In this document: positions 10,023 to 20,500 of the stretch, in pieces
Position numbering within the stretch: the first letter of the stretch is position 1
How the letters are laid out: every line of letters begins with the position of its first letter
NCBI GenBank assembly: GCA_963711495.1
Contig: CAVQEK010000007.1
Location: 94,970 to 158,969, forward strand
From: an uncultured Cytophagales bacterium
Lineage (GTDB): Bacteria > Bacteroidota > Bacteroidia > Cytophagales > Cyclobacteriaceae
Direction of reading: 5' to 3'
DNA: 64,000 nucleotides
Notes under the pieces: model-generated
The model's database searches: none
What the model was told of the DNA's origin: nothing
The model's input: only the letters and a program-made list of their open reading frames with translations
Position numbers and translations under genes: made by a program

Positions 10023-11939
10023 CTATTTAAACAGCAAGCCATAATGCTTCATAAAACCAGCAAGATTATCTTTATTCGACAATATAAATACCCCTTTATC
10101 GCGATTGGATTCTAAAAAGGAAACCATGTTTTCCACCTTTTTCCGGATTTCATGAGCAGATAGCAATGACGCACACGCTTGCTGTATTTGTAAATCATAA
10201 TAAGCATATTGTACCATAAGCAACAGCCTGGATAAGTTTGCCGCCACAGTAGAGTCCGATGTATTTTCTTGTGCAATCCGAATGTCATCTTCTCTCCTCT
10301 TTAATTCCCGCTCTCCACTGCCAATCTGTTCTATTGATTTTAGCGTCGTGAAGGGAATACTTCCGACAAAACGCACAATATTTTCCAATGAAGCGTAGAC
10401 TGCCTTTGTCATTTTCCATTCAGAACCAAATCGTATCCGGCAAAATTGATCAATTAAAGTATCCATCTCGCAATCCGGGTCCCAGGCCAGGTGGCCTAAC
10501 ACATAATGATTCAATTCATAAGTAAACCAATCACCCGGCTCGGCATAAGTGCAAATCCCCTGTAATGGAACCTTGATATACCATTGTAAATCCTTTTGCA
10601 TATAATGCGGAATAATATTCGGTAAGGATCTCCAGGCATACTTTCGATAGTAAGAATAAAGCGCTATATCGCCGGTGAACTTCTTACGCCAGGATTGAAT
10701 GGCACTAACGTAGTCAACATTATTGGAGGCAGCAGGATCATAAATTTGCTTCTCAAAACTTTGATTGATCGGGCAAAAATCAACCAGAATATCTTTATTC
10801 AAAGCTTCTTTTTCTGGTGGCAACAGAGCCCGGGCATAAGCAATAATTTCAAGATGTAGACCCGGTCGGATCGTTTTGAGAACAGAATCGACCTGAATGG
10901 CAAGACGCGCCTGTCTGTCCTGCGACGATCCCAATGCGGAAAAATTAACACATTCGGCCCAACGAGCACCATCCGGTGGCCAAAAATCAAAAATATCGAT
11001 TTCGGGATGCTGACTGATATATGCTGCAATATTATTGGTAAAATATTGCATTGCATCCTGATTGGAAGTATTGAAAACGATATGCTCTGCGGGGCTAGGT
11101 TCACAGTTTTTGTCTTGGCCAAACCACTCCGGATGCTGGTCAAACAATGTAAGTCCTTTATCGGTATTTAATATTGCCGGCATTTTGGCATTCAGAAAAT
11201 TCTGATATCCGTGCCCACCCACTTCGATCATCAAATCTCTCTTTTCCAATTCCGGAGTTAATTGTTCTCTCCATTGATCCCACTGAACGCGTCCGGAACC
11301 TCCATAATCCAATGGAACCATCAGTATATTATAGCGCAGTTTGGGCATCCATTCAATAAGTTGCTTCAAATTCTCTACATTATGAGAACGGCCTTCTTCT
11401 ACATCCAACTTGCGATAGGCAAAACGCGGTTGTTCGGATACAACATGAACATTATAAAAAAGAGTGGACTTTGACGGAATATATTCTGCCTGTCCATTAT
11501 AAAAGGAAAACTGAGGCGCCAGCCATTCACATCCCAGGCGATGGAGGAAATCATATGTTGCATACAATATAGCCCGATCAGAACCTCCTGAAAGTACAAT
11601 GTCTTTATTCAGAACGGTGATTGTATAACTATCTTTATCCAGTTGGTTACTACGCTCAATGAGGATGACATGGTTTGTCTTATTTTGATGCGTTGTAATG
11701 AAGAAATCAGCACCACTGATTTGTTGAAGATATTTGACTAGTTCCGAACCCGCGAATTGTTGAGTGACCGAAGGACGGACAGGTAAAGTAATTGCCATAT
11801 ATGACTGGCTATTTTTCGCTATCAGAATTTTTGGAGAAGTATCAATGTATTTCCCTATCCATTTTGTGCCACTCATATACAGGACCAATAATCCTAACAA
11901 AATGAACAGTAAAAAAATATATGCAAACCTGAACCTCAT
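10023..11939 (-). CDS. DUF4838-like putative glycoside hydrolase (GH67-N-like domain, TIM barrel, helical C-terminus)
   Basis: 638-aa ORF. The N-terminal pattern QFAGSELVKYLQQISGADFFI...YTITVLNKDIVLSGGSDRAILYATYDFLHRLGCEWLAP is typical of DUF4838. A later stretch reads FNTSNQDAMQYFTNNIAAYISQHPEIDIFDFWPPDGARWAEC. Confidence 0.55.
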   Translation of the reverse strand: MRFRFAYIFLLFILLGLLVLYMSGTKWIGKYIDTSPKILIAKNSQSYMAITLPVRPSVTQQFAGSELVKYLQQISGADFFITTHQNKTNHVILIERSNQLDKDSYTITVLNKDIVLSGGSDRAILYATYDFLHRLGCEWLAPQFSFYNGQAEYIPSKSTLFYNVHVVSEQPRFAYRKLDVEEGRSHNVENLKQLIEWMPKLRYNILMVPLDYGGSGRVQWDQWREQLTPELEKRDLMIEVGGHGYQNFLNAKMPAILNTDKGLTLFDQHPEWFGQDKNCEPSPAEHIVFNTSNQDAMQYFTNNIAAYISQHPEIDIFDFWPPDGARWAECVNFSALGSSQDRQARLAIQVDSVLKTIRPGLHLEIIAYARALLPPEKEALNKDILVDFCPINQSFEKQIYDPAASNNVDYVSAIQSWRKKFTGDIALYSYYRKYAWRSLPNIIPHYMQKDLQWYIKVPLQGICTYAEPGDWFTYELNHYVLGHLAWDPDCEMDTLIDQFCRIRFGSEWKMTKAVYASLENIVRFVGSIPFTTLKSIEQIGSGERELKRREDDIRIAQENTSDSTVAANLSRLLLMVQYAYYDLQIQQACASLLSAHEIRKKVENMVSFLESNRDKGVFILSNKDNLAGFMKHYGLLFK

Positions 11940-12011
11940 GGTTTAATTCACTTCTTTATAATAACAGTGACCAATGTTAGAAAATATAACACTAGAATTA
12001 TCTTAAATGGA

Positions 12012-14141
12012 TTATTTATCCACCACACATCGGAAACCAATAGCACCAGAACGGTCAAGGCTAGGTGCCATCAATAAATATTTGCCGTATTGATTGAGTT
12101 CGGAAACCCTGGGAAAATACCATTTGGACGTAGTAGCCCTATAATAGCCTCCACCTTTCAGGACGGCCGAGCGTGTATGCTCGTCGATATATTCATCGGT
12201 CCATTGCCATACGTTTCCAGTCATATCCACCACACCGAAAGGACTTGCGCCTTGTGGGTAAGCCTTTACGTCGGTTGGTGGTCTCATTTCGCGGGTTGAA
12301 TCTGGAGGCGGTATCCTGTCTGCGTCCATTTCATTTCCCCAGGGATAACGCCGGTTATCTGTGCCCTGCGCAGCATATTGCCATTCCCACTCATGAGGCA
12401 ATCTTTTTCCTGTCCAAAAGGCATAAGCCCTTGCATCTTCAATGGAAACCCAGGTGACCGGTTTATTCTCCCAACCCTTGGGATAATTACCATTCATCCA
12501 ATCCCTTAAAAAATTATGATCATCCTTTGGATGGTAATGGGTGACGTCCAAAAACTGTTTAAACTGTTTGTTGGTTACCGGATACTTGTCTATATAGAAT
12601 GAAGGAACACTCATGACATGTTCCTGTGAGCGCGAGGGGTGTTGTTCCCATGGATGCTGAACGCCCACAGCGTCAGGAAGCGGATCTCCTTCAATCATTA
12701 CGCCCACCGAATTGAAATCATATTCTTTTGTCCCCGGTATCAAAACCATTCCCTTTGGCGTTTTAACAGCAGATTTTGTTTTATTGATTGCTACCATTTG
12801 CTGAGGCAGTGGCTGCCAAGCCGTAGAATAACTCTTTAAAGGTTTTTCGGACAAAGTGTTCATCTTACTTAGGACCTGTTGAAAAAAACCATCTACGGCA
12901 TAAGATTTGACAGCCACCAACGCTCCAAAACCGAGGCCTTCTATCGGAAAAGATAACTCGATGTGATCATCCGATTTCTTCGGTGTCAACTCTTTCCCGT
13001 TCCATAAATCATAATACTTCATACCTTCCTCGTCCGGTAATTGCAATTGTCTTCCGTTTGCATCTGTACTATCCCTGTTTACTAATGTGTAAACGGTTTC
13101 ATCAAGTCCAGGAAACTTAGATGCAAAGACTCCGTCTTGCAGTGTGGGTACAAAAGGCTCCCATTCCTGGCTATTCCATATACCTGGAAATGCTCTATAG
13201 ATTGTGGCTATCATGCGGATTTCCTTTTCATATCGATCCGGAATTTGGTTCCAAACGCCCCACATATTCTCCCATGCATTATAGCCAATACCGTTAAAGA
13301 AGGCATATTGCAGATCATCGGCTTTATCAACGGCCCACCGGTTGGTTACAAAAACCTGGTGTTGTGGCTCCAGCCATTTGCAGATGCTTACACCAGGCTC
13401 AAAAGTGTAATCCCAGTAATATCCCCAACTGGAAGTATTCCATTGTATCATTTTTAAATCAGTGCGAACGCCTACTTCCGGCTGTAAAACCACCGGATAA
13501 TGGAGACTGTCGTATGCATCTTTGAAATCTTCTGTCACTCCGCTCATCGTGTCGCCATTCAATCCGTCTGCTCCAATTTCTTTCATTTCCGATATCAGGG
13601 CTGCAGGCATGGATGAATCTATTTCTCTTGTGCCATGATCCCAGTACATGATCGGGAAGAAAACCCTAACGCCCCTCTTTTTGAAGTCAACAATCATCTG
13701 TTTTATCTCATTGACTCCACCGGGCATATCGTGCAAGAGATCAAACTGATTCCGGTTATCAATGCCGATGTTCGGATAGGTCGGCCAAATGAGGACGGCA
13801 TCGATGCCGCCATATCGTTCTTTCAAGTCGTCCAGGAACCGGTCGACGGTATATTTTCCTGTTACTACGTCATAGAAATAACGGTCATGCGCCATCATCT
13901 GCACATAAATGAATGTATTCTTCAGCCATTCGAATTCCGGTCTGAGGTATTCCGAATCATTGTAGTTCAATTTTTCTCTTTCTGCCATTCTCCATTGTCT
14001 CATTTCCCGGAGCCACGCATCATGTTCTGAGGGAGCGGGGCCTGCAAACAATTCCTTTAGCCTTCCCTGATATTGCGGATATTGAGCATATCCAGCACTG
14101 GTGAAAACTAATATGAATCCTAATATGAACCGGATCTTCAT
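12012..14141 (-). CDS. Fusion protein: N-terminal TIM-barrel-like domain of unknown family plus C-terminal FGE-sulfatase (SUMF1/DUF323) domain lacking the catalytic cysteines
   Basis: 709-aa ORF with a signal peptide. The C-terminal 250 aa carry FYIDKYPVTNKQFKQFL, VTWVSIEDARAYAFWTGKRLPHEWEWQYAAQG, GNVWQWTDE and IGFRCVVDK. The segment after KGGG reads YYRATTSKWYFPR, with no Cys-x4-Cys. Confidence 0.7.
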   Translation of the reverse strand: MKIRFILGFILVFTSAGYAQYPQYQGRLKELFAGPAPSEHDAWLREMRQWRMAEREKLNYNDSEYLRPEFEWLKNTFIYVQMMAHDRYFYDVVTGKYTVDRFLDDLKERYGGIDAVLIWPTYPNIGIDNRNQFDLLHDMPGGVNEIKQMIVDFKKRGVRVFFPIMYWDHGTREIDSSMPAALISEMKEIGADGLNGDTMSGVTEDFKDAYDSLHYPVVLQPEVGVRTDLKMIQWNTSSWGYYWDYTFEPGVSICKWLEPQHQVFVTNRWAVDKADDLQYAFFNGIGYNAWENMWGVWNQIPDRYEKEIRMIATIYRAFPGIWNSQEWEPFVPTLQDGVFASKFPGLDETVYTLVNRDSTDANGRQLQLPDEEGMKYYDLWNGKELTPKKSDDHIELSFPIEGLGFGALVAVKSYAVDGFFQQVLSKMNTLSEKPLKSYSTAWQPLPQQMVAINKTKSAVKTPKGMVLIPGTKEYDFNSVGVMIEGDPLPDAVGVQHPWEQHPSRSQEHVMSVPSFYIDKYPVTNKQFKQFLDVTHYHPKDDHNFLRDWMNGNYPKGWENKPVTWVSIEDARAYAFWTGKRLPHEWEWQYAAQGTDNRRYPWGNEMDADRIPPPDSTREMRPPTDVKAYPQGASPFGVVDMTGNVWQWTDEYIDEHTRSAVLKGGGYYRATTSKWYFPRVSELNQYGKYLLMAPSLDRSGAIGFRCVVDK

Positions 14142-14144
14142 AAA

Positions 14145-15851
14145 TTAATCATCATTATTTAAAGCGTCAGGTGACCAGCTTAACTTTGCATCATAATCCG
14201 AATTAGGAACAGGCATTTCCGCATTCACCTTTTTTCTCCACTCATGCAGCATGGTTCTTAACTCATTTACCTTGTCGGGGTTGGAACTTGCGAGATCTTG
14301 CTGTTCACCTGGGTCCTCTTTCAGGTTGAATAATTGCACTTTATTGTTTTCATAATATTCAATCAGTTTATAATCCCCATAGCGGACAGCACCTCCTGGG
14401 CTTTGTGCGCCGTGATTGCTGTAATGTGGAAAATGCCAATAAAGAGCCCTATTTTCAATTTTATCATTGCCTTTTTCTTCTCCCTTTAGGATAGGAACCA
14501 GACTTATCCCATCCACACCATCATCGCCGTGGGTAAGGGGATCCAGGCCAATCATATCCAAAATCGTTGAGTAAAAGTCAGTGCTGATCACTGGCACGTT
14601 GCTTACGGTTCCATGATTTCCTTCATGAGGCCAGTAAACGATTAATGGTTCGCGAATACCACCCTCGTAAAGCCAACCCTTACCTCCTCTAAGGGGGAGA
14701 TTAGAAGTCGAGTAAGCTTCGTTCAGATCGCATTCTTCAATTATTCTCCGAGGATTCCCGAAATTGGCAGCCGACATGCCGCCATTGTCGGAGAAGAAAA
14801 TTACAATGGTGTTATCGGCCAGCCCTAATTCTTTCAACTTGTCGAGAATTCTTCCCAGGCTTTCATCCACACTTTCGACCATCGCCGCAAATATGGGGTT
14901 CGTTTGGTGTTGCCTGATCTTGACCGTCCTGTTGGGTAGGAGGCTAAAACCCATGTACCGCCGATCGTCCAAAAGGTTTGTGAGTTTGTTTCGGCTAAGG
15001 GGATTGGGATCATCGGGATTTTCTTCCAGAATGTAATCCGGTCCGGGCGGCATTTTCTTCTGGTTTTTCATCTTATTCAGCTTCTGGTCATATTTCAATA
15101 CCAAATCACCGCGACCTTGAATAGGGTCGTGCACGGCATAATTGGCGAAATAAAGAAAGAATGGCTGGTAACGGTGTTCCTGAATCCAATTCAAAGCTTT
15201 GTCGGTCAGCACATCAGAAAGGTAAGCGCCCTTTGGAGTACCGTCATCCAACCCCTTCAGATCAAAAGGAGCGAAATAGGATCCATTGGGCCAGCCTGCA
15301 TCCCAGTCGGGAATATGAAGATCGAATCCCTGCCGGAGCGGAGACTGAACATTCGTGGTATCATCCCATCCCAAATGCCATTTCCCAAAAATGGCGGTCG
15401 CGTAACCGTTTTCCCTGAGCACCCTGGGTAATGTAGGCAGACCATACGGTAAATGCTGGGCTGACTTTACATTCTTTAATTTTTGAAAAGGATAATCCTT
15501 TCGCCCGGGCAGCCAATCGGTCAAATGCGTACGGGCAGGGTATTCACCAGTCAGAATGCTGGCACGGGTAGGGGAACAGACATGACAGGCGGCATAGGCC
15601 TGGGTAAACCGCACACCTTGTTTGGAAAACTGATCAATAACAGGAGTATCATAGAAACGGCTGCCTTCATATCCCACATCACTCCAACCCAGATCATCCA
15701 CCAAATAGAAGATGACATTCATCTTTTTAACCTGTTGGACGTCTTTTGAGGACTGAAGCGGCGACGAATGAAAGACTTTCTTCGTGATAGTTAGCCCAAG
15801 AATACTCATCCCCATACTAAAAGACAGGAAATACAGAAAGAACTTTTTCAT
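14145..15851 (-). CDS. Family S1 sulfatase (Cys-type formylglycine site)
   Basis: 568-aa ORF. It has MNVIFYLVDDLGWSDVGYEG, the FGly motif AACHVCSPTRASILTGEY, GKWHLGWD and SDNGG. Its stop is 3 nt from the start of the next gene downstream, the FGE-like fusion gene. Confidence 0.9.
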   Translation of the reverse strand: MKKFFLYFLSFSMGMSILGLTITKKVFHSSPLQSSKDVQQVKKMNVIFYLVDDLGWSDVGYEGSRFYDTPVIDQFSKQGVRFTQAYAACHVCSPTRASILTGEYPARTHLTDWLPGRKDYPFQKLKNVKSAQHLPYGLPTLPRVLRENGYATAIFGKWHLGWDDTTNVQSPLRQGFDLHIPDWDAGWPNGSYFAPFDLKGLDDGTPKGAYLSDVLTDKALNWIQEHRYQPFFLYFANYAVHDPIQGRGDLVLKYDQKLNKMKNQKKMPPGPDYILEENPDDPNPLSRNKLTNLLDDRRYMGFSLLPNRTVKIRQHQTNPIFAAMVESVDESLGRILDKLKELGLADNTIVIFFSDNGGMSAANFGNPRRIIEECDLNEAYSTSNLPLRGGKGWLYEGGIREPLIVYWPHEGNHGTVSNVPVISTDFYSTILDMIGLDPLTHGDDGVDGISLVPILKGEEKGNDKIENRALYWHFPHYSNHGAQSPGGAVRYGDYKLIEYYENNKVQLFNLKEDPGEQQDLASSNPDKVNELRTMLHEWRKKVNAEMPVPNSDYDAKLSWSPDALNNDD

Positions 15852-15918
15852 GGTCTCAGATTTTTGAGATTTTTAATATACAGGAACTCTATGGTCATAA
15901 GCAATTGAAATTTCTATT

Positions 15919-17505
15919 TTAATAACCTGTGTTTTGTGTCAAATTAGGATTGAGTTCTGTTTCATTTTGAGGAATAGGCCACAGATAATTCCGGTCATTC
16001 CAAGTCCAATTCCAACCTGGAACTACTACAGTTTGAAGATCGCCGTTATCATCAGTATATGTGATTCCATAAGCGCGTCCCGTCATAACGGTGCCGGCAA
16101 TCTTCCACCGACGGATGTCAATAAATCTCTGACTTTCAAAAGCTAATTCCGTTAACCGTTCTTGACGCACAATTTGACGCATTTCATCCTGAGTCTTTCC
16201 GGTGGTTATCGTTGGCATATTAACATCAGGGCGCTGTCTTATCATGTTGATGGCATCATAGACAGAAGCATCGATCTGATTAATTTCTATTTTCGCTTCA
16301 GCATAGTTCAGCAACACCTCAGCATATCGTAGAAGTATAATGTTAATCCCGCAATTCGTAGGGTCCGGCAGATCTTCCGTATTAACATATTTTCTTGTAT
16401 AAAAGCCTGTTTCAGAAACCACGAAACTGGATCCGGCCTCATCACTTGTCCCGCTACCAGGTTTGGAATTCAATATGGTGCCATCCGGTAAGATATCACC
16501 TGGAACATAAACGGAGTAATGCAAACGTGGATCCCTATTATCATAAGGGTTATAAGGGTCATATCCGGATCCAGAATCGTCAATAGACAAACCGTTTGTC
16601 ATTTCATAAGCATCGACGATATTTTTGGTAGGAAAATACTGAGGCGAACCATGTTGACTCACAGGAGCTAAGATTTGGTATATATTATTTGAAAAATTGT
16701 TTTCGATAAACTGGACGTCGAGAATGACTTCCTGATTATTTTCCGTCGAATAAGCAAACAAGTCTTTGTAGGATGGATATAGACTATAAACATTTGAATC
16801 CATCACCTGTTTAGCGGCGTCGGACGCTTCCTGATAACGTCCGGCATATAGCATAGCCCTTGATTTCAAGGCCAGGGCAGCCCCTTTGGTTATTCTGCCG
16901 ACATCATTTTGAGTGAGCGGCAATTCACCAGTTGCTTCAGTAAGCTCGTCCGAGATAAAATCCCACACCTGGGAGACGGGTGTTCTTGTTAACTCTTTGC
17001 TTTCATCAATCGAAATTTCGGTAGTGATCAAGGGTACATCCCCGAATATGGAGGCGAGGCTAGTGTATAAATAGGCTCTAATCACTCTAACTTCTCCTTT
17101 TAACCTGGTGATGAGGTCCGGATCATCTGTTTCTACCTTATCAATGTTGGCAAAAAAGGAATTGGCAGCCCGAATACCCGCATAGGCATTAGACCATTCG
17201 TCTCCTACCCTGGTACTCAGCGGATCAATCTGACCCTGGGCCAATTGGGCTATGGCAAGATTGGGCGTGTGAGTCATCGCAATATCTGTCATAGCATCCC
17301 AGCTTATAAAGATACCTGCCCCTTCAGTTAAGTGCCGATATATTGCATTGGCAGCATAGATGGCATCATTGTCTGTTTTCCAAAAGAGTTCTGTGGAAAG
17401 ACGGTCGTTAGGAACGGTTACCAGAAAATCCTTGTCGCAATTCTGGCAAAGAATTATAGCAACTACGCTGATTATCAAAATTTTTAAGAAACGCATAATT
17501 CTCAT
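15919..17505 (-). CDS. SusD/RagB-family nutrient-binding outer-membrane lipoprotein (PUL-1)
   Basis: 528-aa ORF with a lipobox (ILCQNC). SusD hallmarks are present: IRAYLYTSLASIFGDVPLI, LLRYAEVLLNYAEA and ERLTELAFESQRFIDIRRW. It lies immediately downstream of SusC. Confidence 0.85.
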   Translation of the reverse strand: MRIMRFLKILIISVVAIILCQNCDKDFLVTVPNDRLSTELFWKTDNDAIYAANAIYRHLTEGAGIFISWDAMTDIAMTHTPNLAIAQLAQGQIDPLSTRVGDEWSNAYAGIRAANSFFANIDKVETDDPDLITRLKGEVRVIRAYLYTSLASIFGDVPLITTEISIDESKELTRTPVSQVWDFISDELTEATGELPLTQNDVGRITKGAALALKSRAMLYAGRYQEASDAAKQVMDSNVYSLYPSYKDLFAYSTENNQEVILDVQFIENNFSNNIYQILAPVSQHGSPQYFPTKNIVDAYEMTNGLSIDDSGSGYDPYNPYDNRDPRLHYSVYVPGDILPDGTILNSKPGSGTSDEAGSSFVVSETGFYTRKYVNTEDLPDPTNCGINIILLRYAEVLLNYAEAKIEINQIDASVYDAINMIRQRPDVNMPTITTGKTQDEMRQIVRQERLTELAFESQRFIDIRRWKIAGTVMTGRAYGITYTDDNGDLQTVVVPGWNWTWNDRNYLWPIPQNETELNPNLTQNTGY

Positions 17506-17554
17506 GATTAATATGTGTAACTAATAATATTTAGAAATGATCGCATCAGAATGA

Positions 17555-20500
17555 CTAAAACTGAATATGAGTACCGACGGTATATAAGGCTACCTGAGGA
17601 TAATAGTTTTGCCAACCAGATGTTGCTTCAGGATCCAAATGCCATTCGTTTAATTTGGAGATAGTAAACAGATTAGTTCCTGACACGTAAATGCTGATCA
17701 GACTCAAATCCAACTTCTTTATTAGCGAAGCCGGTAGTTGATATGCCAACTCGATATTTTTTAAACGAACGTAAGAAGCATCCAGCATTCTCTGATCACT
17801 CATAACCCGATTACGCAAATCCTGTTTGACAACTCTTGGAAAACGGGCATCCGTATGCTCCGGCGTCCAGTAATTGTTTGCATATATGCTTGGAACAAAA
17901 CCCTCATAAATGCCCATTTCGCTTAAAGCGCGTGCCAATACCATACTTACATCCGCGGCACCCTGAATTGCCAGATTTAGTGTAAATCCTTTGTAGGACA
18001 AATTAAAGACTCCACCAAAATTGTATTTGGGGAAAGAGTTCCCCAGATAAGTCATATCGTTAGGGTCCACAATGCCGTCACCGTTCAAATCCAGGTATTT
18101 CACGTCGCCTGCTACTGAAGGTCGCATGAATTCAGGATAATCTGCTGCTTCTTGATCCGTATTGAAAAATCCATCTGTTTTATAGCCCCAAACGGAATTA
18201 ATTGGTTGGCCTTCTGCTGTTATATAGCGGGGGTCAAAATCTGAACCACCATAATAATAAGGCCCCGTGCCGGCCAGATCGATAACTTTATTATCATTGA
18301 TATGAAAATTGAGATTGGCATCCAGGACGAACGGGCCAAAATTATTCTTTCCATTGAAATTGAATTCCCAACCCGTATTATCTACTACTCCTGCGTTTTG
18401 GGGAGCAGCACTTAAACCTATCGTAGCTGGGACAGGTAAATCAAGTAATATCCCCTTTGTTCTCTTCTTATAATAATCAACAGATAAGGAAATCCTGTTG
18501 TTTAAGAACTCAGCATCGAAACCTACATCAGTTTGGGTGGTCGTTTCCCAAGTAAGGTCAGAATTTACCATTTGTTGTTGAACATACCCATCCACGGGAT
18601 TACCGCTGAAGGAGTAGGTAACGTGGTTCAAAGTGGGATAAAAGGTATACAGGCCCACTGCCTGGTTACCGGTCGATCCTAGTGATCCCCGTATCTTGAA
18701 TTCATTGATATAGTCTCGTAATCCACTCCAAAATGGTTCCTGTGATATTCGCCATGCTGCTGAAAAAGAAGGAAAAAAAGCGTAACGGTTTGTACTCGTA
18801 AACTTCGAAGATCCGTCATAACGGGCATTCGCTTCAAAGAGATATTTGTCCTTAAATGAATAATTAAATCTCCCGAAATAGGAACGTAGCGTCCATAGGT
18901 AATTACTGCCACTATTGTCCTTAGTATCATCATTAGCACCCTGGCTCAGAACCTTAATGTCGTTATTATAAAAATCCTGGCGATAGGCACTTATCGAATT
19001 GCCATTATTTTGTTCCTGGGAATAGCCAGCCAAAATCTTAATCGAATGATCCCCTTTATCGAAAGAATAAGTCAACAGATCATTAAGTGTATAGAATCGA
19101 TCGGTAGTTCTTTGTTCATTTAATTGATTGTGGAGAAAGGTCTTTTTAACTTTAGTGGAGTCTCTTGTTTCCCATGTTTTATTATGATCCGTGAGGTATC
19201 CATCATTGATGTGTCCGTCAAATTGCATGGTAAAAGTCAATCCCTTCAGGATATTCCAGTCTCCTTTTAGGTTGACATTAAAGTAATCATAGTTTGATTG
19301 GGAAATTCCCGCTTCTTCAGCCAGGAGTAGCGGATTATTGCCCTGAGTACCTCCTCCATAATCCCCGTTCGGATATTTGGGGACATCCCATATCGCATTT
19401 TGCATCATTTGCCGAAATACCTCGTTTATACCCTTACCGGCACCACTAGGCTCGATCCCTTTTTTATTTTGAAAATAGAGATCTGCTGATAACTTTATTT
19501 TGGGGATGATGGTAAAATCAGTGTTTACCCTTCCTTCAACCAGTTTTGAATTCGTATTGGCAATGACCCCGTCCTGGTCCTGATAGCGGAGAGACATCCG
19601 ACCCTTAAAATTCTCAGTTCCTCCATTTACGGATAACGAATGATATTCCTGAGGAGCCGTGTGGAACATGACGTTATACCAGTTATAAGGTAAAGGATAA
19701 TGCAAGGGATCATTAACACTGCCTTGTACATATTCCTGTATGTACGCATCACTGTATTTGACCGGATTGCCGGCATTTATATAAGCCTCATTTTGAAGAT
19801 TGAAATAATCTTCCATACCTATCGGTTCAGGGTTCATAATAGATTTTTGAATAGCATGGGAGAAATCATATGAAACAGAGATTTTTCCCTCAGCTCCTCG
19901 TTTGGTGGTGATAAGTATTACCCCGTTTGTAGCCCTTGAGCCATAAATTGCCGTAGAACTGGCATCCTTTAAAACAGAAATCGAAGCGATATCATTCGGA
20001 TTGATACTCTGGAACGGTTGCACTGCACCGTCAACCAGGACCAATGGACCGTTATCACCAACGGTGCTTGTGGTTAATGCACCAAGGCCATCTGGGCTAA
20101 AAGGAACATTTACACCCCGTATTACAATATTTGTGTTCGGTGAGCCTGGACTTCCACCTTTATCAAGAATTGTTACCCCTGGTAGTTTGCCTTGTAAAGC
20201 TTGTTGGATACTGTTAACCGGTCTTCTTTCCAATTCGCTTCCCGATATCTCATCGACTGCACTGGTAAGACTTACTTTTTTTTGCGTGCCGTATCCTACC
20301 ACCACAATTTCCTGAAGTGATTTGACGTCAGGGTTCAAGGTCACATCAATGACTGACTTTTCTCCGACCGTTATTTCCAGTCTTTGATAGCCTACAGAAC
20401 TAAAAACCAATACAGATTCCCCATTCGGTACATCAATTTTATAATTTCCGTTCAAATCGGTTACCGTGCCAAGAGTAGTCCCTTGAATAGATACATTCAC

